DNA of 63,828 nucleotides, filler included, from Vicugna vicugna (GCA_013265495.1; 78 parts of 75 records of this genome joined end to end with filler, not necessarily neighbours in it), one strand, 5' to 3'; shown: positions 24,943 to 37,321, counted from the first letter of the whole stretch. Translations and numbers: made by a program. Notes: generated from the sequence alone by a model not told the origin.

Positions 24943-25698
24943 CACCTAGCTTCAAGGGAACACATAGTTTCTTTTCAGTAGCAAATTCCACTCCATATAT
25001 ATATATGGGGAGATACAAGCTCCAAGCCGGTTTTCACTGAAAACGGCAGGCACTTCAAACCGGCTCTAGGAAACAGACTGAGAAACCAGAATAAGTGTTT
25101 CTCCTGCAACACGTTCCTTTTTACTGGATGAACGAATGTCTCTCCAACATGNNNNNNNNNNNNNNNNNNNNNNNNNNNNNNNNNNNNNNNNNNNNNNNNN
25201 NNNNNNNNNNNNNNNNNNNNNNNNNNNNNNNNNNNNNNNNNNNNNNNNNNNNNNNNNNNNNNNNNNNNNNNNNNNNNNNNNNNNNNNNNNNNNNNNNNNN
25301 NNNNNNNNNNNNNNNNNNNNNNNNNNNNNNNNNNNNNNNNNNNNNNNNNNNNNNNNNNNNNNNNNNNNNNNNNNNNNNNNNNNNNNNNNNNNNNNNNNNN
25401 NNNNNNNNNNNNNNNNNNNNNNNNNNNNNNNNNNNNNNNNNNNNNNNNNNNNNNNNNNNNNNNNNNNNNNNNNNNNNNNNNNNNNNNNNNNNNNNNNNNN
25501 NNNNNNNNNNNNNNNNNNNNNNNNNNNNNNNNNNNNNNNNNNNNNNNNNNNNNNNNNNNAACAGACTGACAGACTAAGTGTCTCTCCTGCAAACCGTTCC
25601 CTTTGTGCTGGAGGAACGAACGTCTGTCCACGTGCTCAGTTCTAAGAGATAACTGTGTGTGAAAGCCGTCCTTTACCTAACTTGAAGGGAACACAAAG
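24943..25698. repeat. Satellite family B (reverse orientation)
   Basis: Reverse complement of the 1-1106 monomer (GGCACTTCAAACCGGC...AGGAAACAGACTGAGAAACCAG). Confidence 0.92.
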
Positions 25699-26532
25699 NN
25701 NNNNNNNNNNNNNNNNNNNNNNNNNNNNNNNNNNNNNNNNNNTTAATTAATTAANNNNNNNNNNNNNNNNNNNNNNNNNNNNNNNNNNNNNNNNNNNNTG
25801 GGCTCATTTTTAATGGAATGCAAGTGCTCATGACAGAAGAATGTGCAACTTTACGCATGCTGTGACCACTGTATGAATAATGCAGAAAACAAATGCTGCA
25901 AGGAGACGTCATTCGAGGTTAATGGCTCCTGTCTTGGTGAATTAGGAGGGGCATGGTTTTGTTCCTCTGCATATTTCTCTGCTTTAAAATTACTCCATGA
26001 TTAGAATGCATTCGTTTTATTTTCGTAATAAATATCGCAATGGTTTAACTATGAAGTTTGGAAGTCGGAGATTCCTTTTGGCTTGAGAGATCAGGGCAGG
26101 CTTCCTGGAGGGGGCCGTGTTTGAAATGAGAACAGAAAGCCAGGGAGAGAGGGCGTTCCCAGAGGAGGCAGCAGCCCCAGCAGAAGCAATGGGGTTGGGT
26201 TCTTCTGTGAAAACACAGAACATTCCTGCTTGGTTGGCAAATTCCCCACAGATAGTGGGCTGGAACAGCACACAGCGCGCTCAGTGCCAAATCGGATTCT
26301 GAGCACTTCCGGAAGCGTATCTCAAAGGTCCATCTTCCCATCCAAGGAGAAGTCTAAGTGCAGAAAATCAGAGAAGGGACATCTTTCTCCTTCTTCCTAC
26401 GAGCAACCCTGAGTGGGGAGGGGGCAAGTTTCNNNNNNNNNNNNNNNNNNNNNNNNNNNNNNNNNNNNNNNNNNNNTTAATTAATTAANNNNNNNNNNNN
26501 NNNNNNNNNNNNNNNNNNNNNNNNNNNNNNNN

Positions 26533-27623
26533 CAGAGGCTGCCTCCCCAAGGTCAGGGAAGGTATTTCTCGAACTTTGGTGAACAGGGAACACCTGTGAC
26601 TAAAGAGAGCTCTGTGGAGTTGTCCCTCGAGCTCCCCCACGCACTGACAATATTTCCGGAATCCTAAGCGTGGGGAGGTTCCACCAACGGTCGGCAGCGC
26701 GTGGGTTCTAACGGAATGCCTAAGCTCGTCTCCCCTGAGGGTTTTCCTAATGTCTCTGTGCCAGGGAATNNNNNNNNNNNNNNNNNNNNNNNNNNNNNNN
26801 NNNNNNNNNNNNNNNNNNNNNNNNNNNNNNNNNNNNNNNNNNNNNNNNNNNNNNNNNNNNNNNNNNNNNNNNNNNNNNNNNNNNNNNNNNNNNNNNNNNN
26901 NNNNNNNNNNNNNNNNNNNNNNNNNNNNNNNNNNNNNNNNNNNNNNNNNNNNNNNNNNNNNNNNNNNNNNNNNNNNNNNNNNNNNNNNNNNNNNNNNNNN
27001 NNNNNNNNNNNNNNNNNNNNNNNNNNNNNNNNNNNNNNNNNNNNNNNNNNNNNNNNNNNNNNNNNNNNNNNNNNNNNNNNNNNNNNNNNNNNNNNNNNNN
27101 NNNNNNNNNNNNNNNNNNNNNNNNNNNNNNNNNNNNNNNNNNNNNNNNNNNNNNNNNNNNNNNNNNNNNNNNNNNNNNNNNNNNNNNNNNNNNNNNNNNN
27201 NNNNNNNNNNNNNNNNNNNNNNNNNNNNNNNNNNNNNNNNNNNNNNNNNNNNNNNNNNNNNNNNNNNNNNNNNNNNNNNNNNNNNNNNNNNNNNNNNNNN
27301 NNNNNNNNNNNNNNNNNNNNNNNNNNNNNNNNNNNNNNNNNNNNNNNNNNNNNNNNNNNNNNNNNNNNNNNNNNNNNNNNNNNNNNNNNNNNNNNNNNNN
27401 NNNNNNNNNNNNNNNNNNNNNNNNNNNNNNNNNNNNNNNNNNNNNNNNNNNNNNNNNNNNNNNNNNNNNNNNNNNNNNNNNNNNNNNNNNNNNNNNNNNN
27501 NNNNNNNNNNNNNNNNNNNNNNNNNTGCCAGGGAATGCTAGGGGTGATTACAGTATATCCCAGTCTCAGGGGCTGCCCCCCCAAGTTCAGGGAAGGTATT
27601 TCTCGGACTTCGGCGAACAGGGA
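26533..27623. repeat. Satellite family A (267 bp)
   Basis: Family A sequence on both sides of the gap. Confidence 0.93.
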
Positions 27624-29294
27624 NNNNNNNNNNNNNNNNNNNNNNNNNNNNNNNNNNNNNNNNNNNNTTAATTAATTAANNNNNNNNNNNNNNNNNNNNN
27701 NNNNNNNNNNNNNNNNNNNNNNNGTGACCTACTGGGCACACTTACCGCGTGACTGTCCCAAGGATGGGTGCAGGGTCTTCAAGATGCCTACACAGGCTAG
27801 GGCCAGGAGGGAGTCCCAGACCCCTGCGCTGGCTGTTACCCTTCCCTGTCACGAGTGGCAGCTCCCTGTGGCCACACTCCCTTTGCAAGTGCCCGGCTGT
27901 CACCGTCCCCATGAAGATCCAGGGATGATCTTAGCCTAGGATCCCGGGAGCAAACTCCACTTGCCTTTCCTGCAGGCACCGGGTGCCCTTCTGGCCAAAC
28001 TCAGCCACTCTAGCATCCCTGGCTGTAGGTTCCTGTCCACTCGCAGGAATACCTGAATAATTGACTAGGAACCCAGCACTTGCCTAAGTACTTACTCTGA
28101 GGTCCATTGGCCAGGGACCCATGCCCCTAGCAGGTTCGCATCCCAGGTCACTGTGAAGACAGCCAGGTGNNNNNNNNNNNNNNNNNNNNNNNNNNNNNNN
28201 NNNNNNNNNNNNNNNNNNNNNNNNNNNNNNNNNNNNNNCTCCTCGCCACCCTGTCCGAATTCCACACCAAACAGCAGAGGCACTTTCATGATTATGCAGA
28301 TGCTGTCCTGAATGCAGCCATCTTTTACCTCTGCGTGTATGTTTCCCCGTTTTCTTGGGTTGCCTGAAGTATATCGTTTGCCCCAGATTTGGCTGCAGGA
28401 CTAACATCCAGAAATGAACTCGTTTTTCTAATAGGCTTTCCCGTAGTTTGATGGATGTTAGTTTGTTGGAAGGCACAAAAGTGAATTATGATGGCAACAG
28501 ATTTCATTACATAAGCCATCGTGATAGGAAACTGATCTAAAATACGCAGGGAGGGGTTTGAGAACAGCACAAATTATGGGTGAAAAAGAATTACAGTGGC
28601 CTTTTGCCTTAAGATGCAAGCTTGTGGCAATGCACTGTTTTTTCTGTATAAAATTAAACCCTCCAAAGCTCCAGTTNNNNNNNNNNNNNNNNNNNNNNNN
28701 NNNNNNNNNNNNNNNNNNNNTTAATTAATTAANNNNNNNNNNNNNNNNNNNNNNNNNNNNNNNNNNNNNNNNNNNNGCTGCACTACATCCATTCCTGGAA
28801 CGAAAAATCAGGCCCCTCCGGGCAAGGTGACTCAGAAAGTCATTCAGCAATGTTCGGGGTCTCCAGTTTAGGCTTTCAATTAGAGCTGAGTGGCTCAGGA
28901 GGCCAGATCCCTGTCCGTGGCTCCAGGAGTAGGCTTTCTGCTGGGGGACAGGATCCTCACAAACACCTGTGTCTTTGTGGGTCACTCCCCTCTGACAAGN
29001 NNNNNNNNNNNNNNNNNNNNNNNNNNNNNNNNNNNNNNNNNNNNTTTTATTGAATGCTTATGTACGTTTGGAGGGCCAGGTTCAAGGACTCTGCATCCCT
29101 CCAGGACAATAGCCTCAAGAGTAGAACAGACAGAGTAGGAGGAGATGTGGGGTTTCTCCCAGGACAGGAATAGCAGATTTGCAAGGAGACCCCGACCACT
29201 GAGCATGGGGTTACAACCCCACGTGACCCTTGTCGTGTTTGGGCTCTGGGTCTGGCCTGATCATGTATTATTCCAGGTGAGTTCCAGAAACTCA

Positions 29295-29493
29295 GAGCGT
29301 AGAGCTAGAGGGGCTGAGCTTGGAACCCGATGTGGAGACGGAGGGTCCATTATCCTGAGTCCCCTCAGCCAAATCACTGTAGCTGAGTTCCAGAAGAGCG
29401 TAGAGCTAGAGGGCCTGAGCTTGGAACCCGGTGTGGAGACGGAGGGTCCATTATCCTGAGTCCCCTCAGCCAAATCAATGTAGCTGAGTTCCA
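29295..29493. repeat. 101-bp direct tandem duplication
   Basis: GAGCGTAGAGCTAGAGGG at 29295 and 29396; copies differ at a few bases. Confidence 0.9.
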
Positions 29494-30309
29494 ACACCAC
29501 CCAGGCCAGGNNNNNNNNNNNNNNNNNNNNNNNNNNNNNNNNNNNNNNNNNNNNTTAATTAATTAANNNNNNNNNNNNNNNNNNNNNNNNNNNNNNNNNN
29601 NNNNNNNNNNGAGAAAGATTCTGGTTCTTTCACCACCCCCACTTCACTTTTCTCTATTATTCATTTTGTGCCACATTAAGTTCTCCTCTTAAATCTCTCC
29701 TTGTTTGGAGATGTCAAGCCATCTGGTTCATCTAAACTTAAGATCACTTGGAAGTTACACATCAAGAACTGGGCATCCTTGAATTCAGCCTTTGTGATAT
29801 GAGTCACTGTTTTCCTCAAGAGTGTGCTCTGTTCACTGGGCAGGAGAGGGAGGTCGACAGAAGGACCAAGAAGTATCTCAGTTGAGACTTGGGAATGAAG
29901 AGGGGAATACATTTTTGAGCAACCCAGGCAGACATGAAATTGAGTAAATAACAGGGGGAGAGATAAGAGATGAATCTTGGACATATTCTGACTTAAGCAA
30001 TTATGCATGACAAGAAACGCAAAAGGAAAAACGGGCCTTTGTGGCTGGAGGAACCATGTGGGAGATGGGTTTTAATTATAAATATAACACATAAACATAA
30101 TAAAGACATTGACAGAGTGATTGAAAACGGCTATATTTTTGCTGTTTATACTTTTTGTTAGAGGAGACAATTACAATTTTAAAAAAGTTCATTTATATGT
30201 AAGCATGAACATACTTTTTTCTACATCAACACATGTATATTTATATACTTATTATCAACCACAAATTATTCCATTTCATAAAAGAACCATGATTTAAAAA
30301 CAATTATCT

Positions 30310-30437
30310 ATATAAAGCGTCCCAATCTTCGCATAATAGGGGTCCCAGAAGGGGAAGAAGGATCAAAGGGAATTGAAAAGGTTATCAATTTCCAATGTTG
30401 TGTCAATTTCTGGTGTACAGCACAATTTTTCAGTCAT
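30310..30437. mobile_element. Short L1 ORF1 piece (+) fused to an antisense L1 3' end
   Basis: 30310-30383 encodes IKRPNLRIIGVPEGEEGSKGIEKV (L1 ORF1). 30384-30437 matches the antisense L1 3' end at 10890-10950. Confidence 0.7.
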
Positions 30438-30537
30438 NNNNNNNNNNNNNNNNNNNNNNNNNNNNNNNNNNNNNNNNNNNNTTAATTAATTAANNNNNNN
30501 NNNNNNNNNNNNNNNNNNNNNNNNNNNNNNNNNNNNN

Positions 30538-31367
30538 GCAGGATATCCCAGTGTCAGAGGCTTCCTCCCCAATGTCAGGGAAAGTATTTCTCATACTTCC
30601 CCGTACAGGGAACAGCTGTGACTGAAGAGTTCTGCGTGGAGTTGTCTCTCGAGCTCCACCACGCACTGACAATGTTTCCGGAATCCTGAGCGTGGGGAGG
30701 TTCCACCAACGGTCGGCAGCGCGTGGGTTCTAACGGAATGCCTAAGCTCGTCTCCCCTGAGGGTTTTCCTAATGTCTCTGTGCCAGGGAATGCTAGGGGT
30801 GATTGCAGGATATCCCAGTGTCAGAGGCTTCCTCCCCAATGTCAGGGAAAGTATATATCGGACTTCCCCGACCAGGGAACACCTGTGACTGAAGAGAGCT
30901 GCGTGGAATTGTCTCACGAGCTCCCCCACGCACTGACGATGTTTCCGGAATCCTGAGCGTGGGGAGGTTCCACCAACGGTCGGCAGCGCGTGGGTTCTAA
31001 CGGAATGCCTTAGTTCGTCTCCCCTGCGGGTTTTCGTAATGTCTCTGTGCCAGGGAATGCTAGGGGGGATTGCAGGATATCCCAGTGTCAGAGGCTGCCT
31101 CCCCCAGGTCAGGGAATTTATTTCTCGGACTTCCCCGAACAAGGAACACCTGTGACTGAAGAGACCTGCGTGGAGTTGTCTCTCGAACTCCCCCACACAC
31201 TGACAATGGTTCCGGAATCCTGAGCGTGGGGAGGTTCCACCAACGGTCGGCAGCGCGTGGGTTCTAAAAAGCTCGTCTCCCCTGAGGGTTTTCCAAATGT
31301 CTCTGTGTCAGGGAATGCTAATGGTGATTGCAGGTTATCCCAGTGTCAGAGGCTGCCTCCCCAAGTT
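30538..31367. repeat. Satellite family A (267 bp)
   Basis: GGAATCCTGAGCG at 30680, 30947 and 31214: exact 267-bp period. Confidence 0.97.
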
Positions 31368-31467
31368 NNNNNNNNNNNNNNNNNNNNNNNNNNNNNNNNN
31401 NNNNNNNNNNNTTAATTAATTAANNNNNNNNNNNNNNNNNNNNNNNNNNNNNNNNNNNNNNNNNNNN

Positions 31468-32276
31468 ACAACCACCAAACATGTACCTATGCACTTTGAA
31501 ATATAAACTTTGACTTGGTTGCTTCTTCCTATCACCAGTGTCAAAAATCACACTTTGATCCCAGAAAAACCCTCTTGAGCGAATTCTAACCTAGAGATAT
31601 TTAATTTGAATTGATTCCATCTACAAGATATTCCGTGGTTCGTTACATNNNNNNNNNNNNNNNNNNNNNNNNNNNNNNNNNNNNNNNNNNNNNNNNNNNN
31701 NNNNNNNNNNNNNNNNNNNNNNNNNNNNNNNNNNNNNNNNNNNNNNNNNNNNNNNNNNNNNNNNNNNNNNNNNNNNNNNNNNNNNNNNNNNNNNNNNNNN
31801 NNNNNNNNNNNNNNNNNNNNNNNNNNNNNNNNNNNNNNNNNNNNNNNNNNNNNNNNNNNNNNNNNNNNNNNNNNNNNNNNNNNNNNNNNNNNNNNNNNNN
31901 NNNNNNNNNNNNNNNNNNNNNNNNNNNNNNNNNNNNNNNNNNNNNNNNNNNNNNNNNNNNNNNNNNNNNNNNNNNNNNNNNNNNNNNNNNNNNNNNNNNN
32001 NNNNNNNNNNNNNNNNNNNNNNNNNNNNNNNNNNNNNNNNNNNNTCTAAAATCGGACATTTGGCACCAGAAAACACTCTTTGAGCGAATTCTCACCAATA
32101 CTAATGTAATTTACATAGTTTACTTAACCATGGCTTTCCATATTACGAACATGTTTCATGCATCATGGATTCCTCAAACATGAATTTCTCAGTTGTGAAC
32201 ATGCGTATGACCGATATTTCAAACACCAAGGAAGATACCTATGCACTCTGAAATATTTACTTTGACTTCATAGCTT
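31468..32276. repeat. Satellite family D (reverse relative to 4723-5698)
   Basis: CACACTTTGATCCCAGAAAA and CTTTGAGCGAATTCTCACCAATAC motifs. Confidence 0.9.
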
Positions 32277-32376
32277 NNNNNNNNNNNNNNNNNNNNNNNN
32301 NNNNNNNNNNNNNNNNNNNNTTAATTAATTAANNNNNNNNNNNNNNNNNNNNNNNNNNNNNNNNNNNNNNNNNNNN

Positions 32377-32840
32377 GCTATGTTTCCCCACGTCCAGCAC
32401 ACACAGGAAGAAGTCTTCTGGTGTTCTGAGCGGGGGGAGGTTCCTCCAACAGACAGCAGCACCTGGGTTGTAATAGAATCCCTTAGCTTGACTTCCCTAA
32501 GTGTTTTCCTAGGCCTAGCAGTAAGCGATGGTGGGGGATGGGCTCTAAAGGATCGGAAGGTAGTGGAGGGTTTTAAACTACTTCCCCAACCTTGGAACAC
32601 CTGTGCCCCATAAAGATGCGTGGAATATGTTTCCCCACCTCCAGCACACACACAGAGGAGTGCTCAGGTATCCTGATTGTGGGGAGGCTCCTCCAAATGA
32701 CAGCAGCGCCTGGGTTCTTATAGAATCCCTTAGCTTGTCTTCCCTGATGAAATGCTTAGTCTGGAGAGTGGGGGAAAGTGGGGGTTGGCTCTAAGCCAAG
32801 TATTAGCGAGAGCCTATAAATGGGATGTGGGTTTTTAACC
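32377..32840. repeat. Satellite family C
   Basis: Reverse complement of about 59820-60300. Confidence 0.88.
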
Positions 32841-32940
32841 NNNNNNNNNNNNNNNNNNNNNNNNNNNNNNNNNNNNNNNNNNNNTTAATTAATTAANNNN
32901 NNNNNNNNNNNNNNNNNNNNNNNNNNNNNNNNNNNNNNNN

Positions 32941-33289
32941 CTAAATTCTGTGTTCAACATTCTATATTCGAAATTCTATATTCAGCATTCTGTAATTTAT
33001 ATTCCAAATTCTGTGTTCTGCATTCCTTGTTCTAAATTCTGGTTTCTATATTCTGTTTTCAATATTCTAAATTCTGTGTTCTACATTGTATATTCTGTAT
33101 TCAATATTCTGCATTCCGTATTCTACATTCCATATACTGTGTTCTACATTCATATTCTAAATTCTATATTCAGTATCCTGAATTCTATATTCAAAATTCT
33201 GTGTTCTACATTCCATGTTCTAAATTCTGGGTTCTATATTCTCTGTTCTATATTGTATATTTTGTGTTCATCATTCTTTATTCTATATT
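32941..33289. repeat. Satellite family E (reverse)
   Basis: (TATTCTA)n; landmark CATTCC.TGTTCTAAATTCTGG at 33021 and 33209. Confidence 0.93.
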
Positions 33290-33389
33290 NNNNNNNNNNN
33301 NNNNNNNNNNNNNNNNNNNNNNNNNNNNNNNNNTTAATTAATTAANNNNNNNNNNNNNNNNNNNNNNNNNNNNNNNNNNNNNNNNNNNN

Positions 33390-33881
33390 GTCTGAGAGAT
33401 AAGTGTGTGTGAATGCCGTTCTTCACCTAGCTTGGAGGGAACACAAAGTTTTTTTTCAGTGGCAACCTCCACTCCATACATATATATGGGGAGGTACAAG
33501 CTCCAACTCGGTTTTACAGTGAAAACGGCAGGCACTTCAAACCGGCACTAGGAAACAGACTGAGAAACCAGAGTAAGGGTTTCTCNNNNNNNNNNNNNNN
33601 NNNNNNNNNNNNNNNNNNNNNNNNNNNNNNNNNNNNNNNNNNNNNNNNNNNNNNNNNNNNNNNNNNNNNNNNNNNNNNNNNNNNNNNNNNNNNNNNNNNN
33701 NNNNNNNNNNNNNNNNNNNNNNNNNNNNNNGGGGAGGTACAAGCTCCAACTCGGTTTTACAGAGAAAACTGCAGACACTTCAAACCAGCACTAGGAAACA
33801 GACTGAGAAACCAGAGTAAGAGTTTCTAATGCAACCCGTTCCCTTTAGTGCTGGATGAACGAATGGCTCTCCACATGCTCA
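33390..33881. repeat. Satellite family B (reverse)
   Basis: GGGGAGGTACAAGCTCCAACTCGGTTTTACAG repeated. Confidence 0.92.
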
Positions 33882-33981
33882 NNNNNNNNNNNNNNNNNNN
33901 NNNNNNNNNNNNNNNNNNNNNNNNNTTAATTAATTAANNNNNNNNNNNNNNNNNNNNNNNNNNNNNNNNNNNNNNNNNNNN

Positions 33982-34329
33982 AGGGAACACCTGTGACTGA
34001 AGAGAGCTGCGTGGAGTTGCCTTTCGGGCTCCCCCACGCACTGACAATGGTTCCAGAATCCGGAGGGTGGGGAGGACCCACCAACGGCCGGCAGGGCGTG
34101 GGTTTTAACGGAAAGCATAAGCTCGTCTCCCCTGAGGGTTTTACTAATGTCTCTGTTCCAGGGAATGTTAGGGGGCGTTGCAGGAAATCCCAGTGACAGT
34201 GGATGCCTCCCCAAGTTCAGGGAATGTATTTCTCGGACTTCCCATAACAGGGAACACCTGTGACTGAAGAGAGCTGCGTGGAGTTGTCTCTCGAGATCCC
34301 CCACGCACTGACAATGGTTCCGGAATCCT
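33982..34329. repeat. Satellite family A (267 bp)
   Basis: AGGGAACACCTGTGACTGAAGAGAGCTGCGTGG occurs twice. Confidence 0.93.
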
Positions 34330-34486
34330 NNNNNNNNNNNNNNNNNNNNNNNNNNNNNNNNNNNNNNNNNNNNTTAATTAATTAANNNNNNNNNNNNNNN
34401 NNNNNNNNNNNNNNNNNNNNNNNNNNNNNTTTACTTTTTAACTGAAGCACAGTTGATTTACAACATTGTATTAGTTTCAGGGGTAC

Positions 34487-34951
34487 TGTGAATGAAAAAT
34501 ATTGCAAACCATATCAGTAAACAAAGAATGCTGAAACCAGCAAGTCATCCACCCCCGCCCCCCCAAGACAAGCCTGCAGCCCAGCCTCTGCAGCCACTCA
34601 CAATGGTGCACTGTGAGCAGACGCAGAATAATAAAGGACAAAATAATGGCCCTAGATAGCTAGATGCTTGTCAAAGGAATGAATTCAATGAGCCCAACGT
34701 TTGCTTCCTCCCATACATAGAAAAGCACTAAATTCTTTAATTTGAGATGCCTGGTTTTCTTTAGCTAATAAGTAATCGTTTATTGTTCCAACTAATTCCA
34801 ACTACCTTTGTTGTAAAGCTCCTATATATCCTAGCTCCTCCCCTACCTCTTTGGAGCAGTCCCTCAGAGCCATCTGAGAGGCTGTCATACCAGCTCGAGT
34901 CCTCCTGCCAAATGAAATATAACTCTCAACTCTCATTTATTTCAGCCGACA
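34487..34951 (+). mobile_element. Probable solo ERV1-type LTR (MER34/MER39-like) next to an antisense L1 3' end (34430-34486)
   Basis: Starts TGTGAATG and ends TTTCAGCCGACA; TATA-like CCTATATATCC followed by GGAGCAGTCCCTCAGAGC...CTGAGAGGCTGTC. No clear target-site duplication. Confidence 0.6.
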
Positions 34952-35063
34952 ATATCTTCTTTANNNNNNNNNNNNNNNNNNNNNNNNNNNNNNNNNNNNN
35001 NNNNNNNTTAATTAATTAANNNNNNNNNNNNNNNNNNNNNNNNNNNNNNNNNNNNNNNNNNNN

Positions 35064-35684
35064 AAATTCTGTGTTTGCATTCCACGTTCTAAATTCTGGT
35101 TTCTATATATTATATACTGTATTCTATATTCTGTGTTCTACATTCTATATTCTATCTTCTATATTCAGTATTCTGTTCTATAGTTTAAATTCTGTGTTCT
35201 GCATTGTATATTCTAAATACTATATGCATTATTCTGTATTTTATATTTTAATTCTGTGTTCTGCATTCCATGTTCTAAATTCTGGGTTCTGTATACTGTT
35301 TTTCATATTCTATATTTTGTGTTCTACTTTCTCTTTTCTGTATAATNNNNNNNNNNNNNNNNNNNNNNNNNNNNNNNNNNNNNNNNNNNNNNNNNNNNNN
35401 NNNNNNNNNNNNNNNNNNNNNNNNNNNNNNNNNNNNNNNNNNNNNNNNNNNNNNNNNNNNNNNNNNNNNNNNNNNNNNNNNNNNNNNNTCTATTCTATAT
35501 TCTGTGTTCCACATTCTATATTCTAAATACTATATTCAGTATTCTGTATTCTATATTCTAAATTCTGTGTTCTGCATTCCATGTTCTAAATTCTGGGTTC
35601 TGTATTCTGTTTTCCCTATTCTATATTTTGTGTTCTTCTTTCGATATTCTGTATAGTATATTCTGCATTTCGTGTTCTATATTC
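35064..35684. repeat. Satellite family E (reverse)
   Basis: (TATTCTA)n-derived; landmarks at 35078 and 35264. Confidence 0.93.
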
Positions 35685-35784
35685 NNNNNNNNNNNNNNNN
35701 NNNNNNNNNNNNNNNNNNNNNNNNNNNNTTAATTAATTAANNNNNNNNNNNNNNNNNNNNNNNNNNNNNNNNNNNNNNNNNNNN

Positions 35785-35989
35785 GGACCAGGCTTCGGTC
35801 TTACCCGAGCCCACCTGCAGAGCGCGACCAGGGTGGAGCGCCAGCCAGGGCTGAGCGCCGGCGCAGAGCGCGCAGCCACACAGAGCAGCGGAGCTACTGG
35901 CGGCGCAGGCAAGGGGAGAGCAGCCCCCCACCTGTCGGGCAGGCACACAACCCCTGACCGAGGTGCTGGGAGAGGGCACGACCCGCCCT
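35785..35989 (+). mobile_element. CpG-rich fragment, possibly camelid L1 5' UTR
   Basis: GC/CpG-rich; GAGCGCGCAGCC...CCCTGACCGAGGTGCTGGGAG resembles the camelid L1 promoter region as I recall it. Unverified. Confidence 0.4.
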
Positions 35990-36089
35990 NNNNNNNNNNN
36001 NNNNNNNNNNNNNNNNNNNNNNNNNNNNNNNNNTTAATTAATTAANNNNNNNNNNNNNNNNNNNNNNNNNNNNNNNNNNNNNNNNNNNN

Positions 36090-36455
36090 ACGGTCCACAT
36101 AAGCTGTGTCTTTCATGTCATTTTCGACTTTTACTGTTCCGTTCATTATCTGACTTCTAATATTTACATAGACTGTCTTGAAAAACGGAGGCCTAATACA
36201 GATTCAAGTTCAGTCAAAGATTCCCCTCACTTACCACACTCCCTTCACCCCAGAGAAGACATCAACCCAGCATTTGCTGAATCTAGCGGAAGGCCATCGT
36301 TTATTTGTGGGAGCTAAGTATTCAATTCCTATCTATTCCATACGAGAGTATTTGACCTTTATGGTGTTCCCTGTTGTTCACATAGGATGAAGCTAGAGGA
36401 ACTCTGATTTTAGGAGGGGCTTGCTCATCTCTTACTGGCTTCATTGCAGCTCAGG
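36090..36455. repeat. Anonymous multicopy sequence, copy 1 (paralogue at 62223-62589)
   Basis: ACGGTCCACATAA.CTGTGTCTTTCATGTC...GGCTTCATTGCAGCTCAGG is colinear in both scaffolds with scattered substitutions. Confidence 0.92.
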
Positions 36456-36682
36456 TACTGATCCCTCAAAATGGATGACTGAGTGGAGGGGAGGGAAGAG
36501 CAAGTGCTTGATAGCTAGGCCCAAACCTGGGAAAAGGCTTACCTGGGCTTGGTGCACTTTGATCTGAATGGCTTGGAATTGCNNNNNNNNNNNNNNNNNN
36601 NNNNNNNNNNNNNNNNNNNNNNNNNNTTAATTAATTAANNNNNNNNNNNNNNNNNNNNNNNNNNNNNNNNNNNNNNNNNNNN

Positions 36683-37221
36683 CCTCCCCACGCTCAGGAT
36701 TCCGGAACCATTGTCAGTGCGTGGGTCCTCGAGATATAACTCCACGCAGCTTTCTTCACTCACAGGTGTTCCCTGTTTGGGGAAGTCCGAGAAATACCTT
36801 CCCTGACCTTGGGGAGGCAGCCTCTGACACTGGGATATCCTGCAATCAACCCTAGCATTCCCTGGCACAGAGACATTAGGAAAAAACTCAGGGGAGACGA
36901 GCATAGGCATTCCGTAAGACCCCACGCCCTGCCGACCGTTGGTGGAACCTCCCCACGCTCAGGATTCCGGTACCATTGTCAGTGCATGGGGGAGCTCGAG
37001 AGAAAACTCCACGCAGCTCTCTTCAGTCACAGGTGTTCCCTGTTTGGGGAAGTCCGAGTAATACCTTCCCTGACATTGAGGAGGCAGCCTCTGACACTGG
37101 GATGTCCTGCAATCACCCCTAGCATTCCCTGGCAAGGATACATTAGGAAAATCCTCAGGGGAGATGAGCATAGGCATTCCGTTAGAACCCACGCGCTGTC
37201 GTCGGTTTGAGGAACTTCCCT
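36683..37221. repeat. Satellite family A (reverse)
   Basis: CCCCACGCTCAGGATTCCGG repeated. Confidence 0.95.
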
Positions 37222-37321
37222 NNNNNNNNNNNNNNNNNNNNNNNNNNNNNNNNNNNNNNNNNNNNTTAATTAATTAANNNNNNNNNNNNNNNNNNNNNNN
37301 NNNNNNNNNNNNNNNNNNNNN

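Noticed and set aside
28329..28480. Minus-strand open frame ending at a donor-like GAG|GTAAAA
   Set aside because: No convincing acceptor and no protein recognised; a BLASTX search would be needed.
30591..31196. 201-aa ORF with repeated ELERQLHAALFSHRCSLFGEVRE motif, and similar ORFs in other family A scaffolds
   Set aside because: 267 bp equals 89 codons, so any stop-free frame repeats in phase. Several frames on both strands are open and copies carry random stops and indels.
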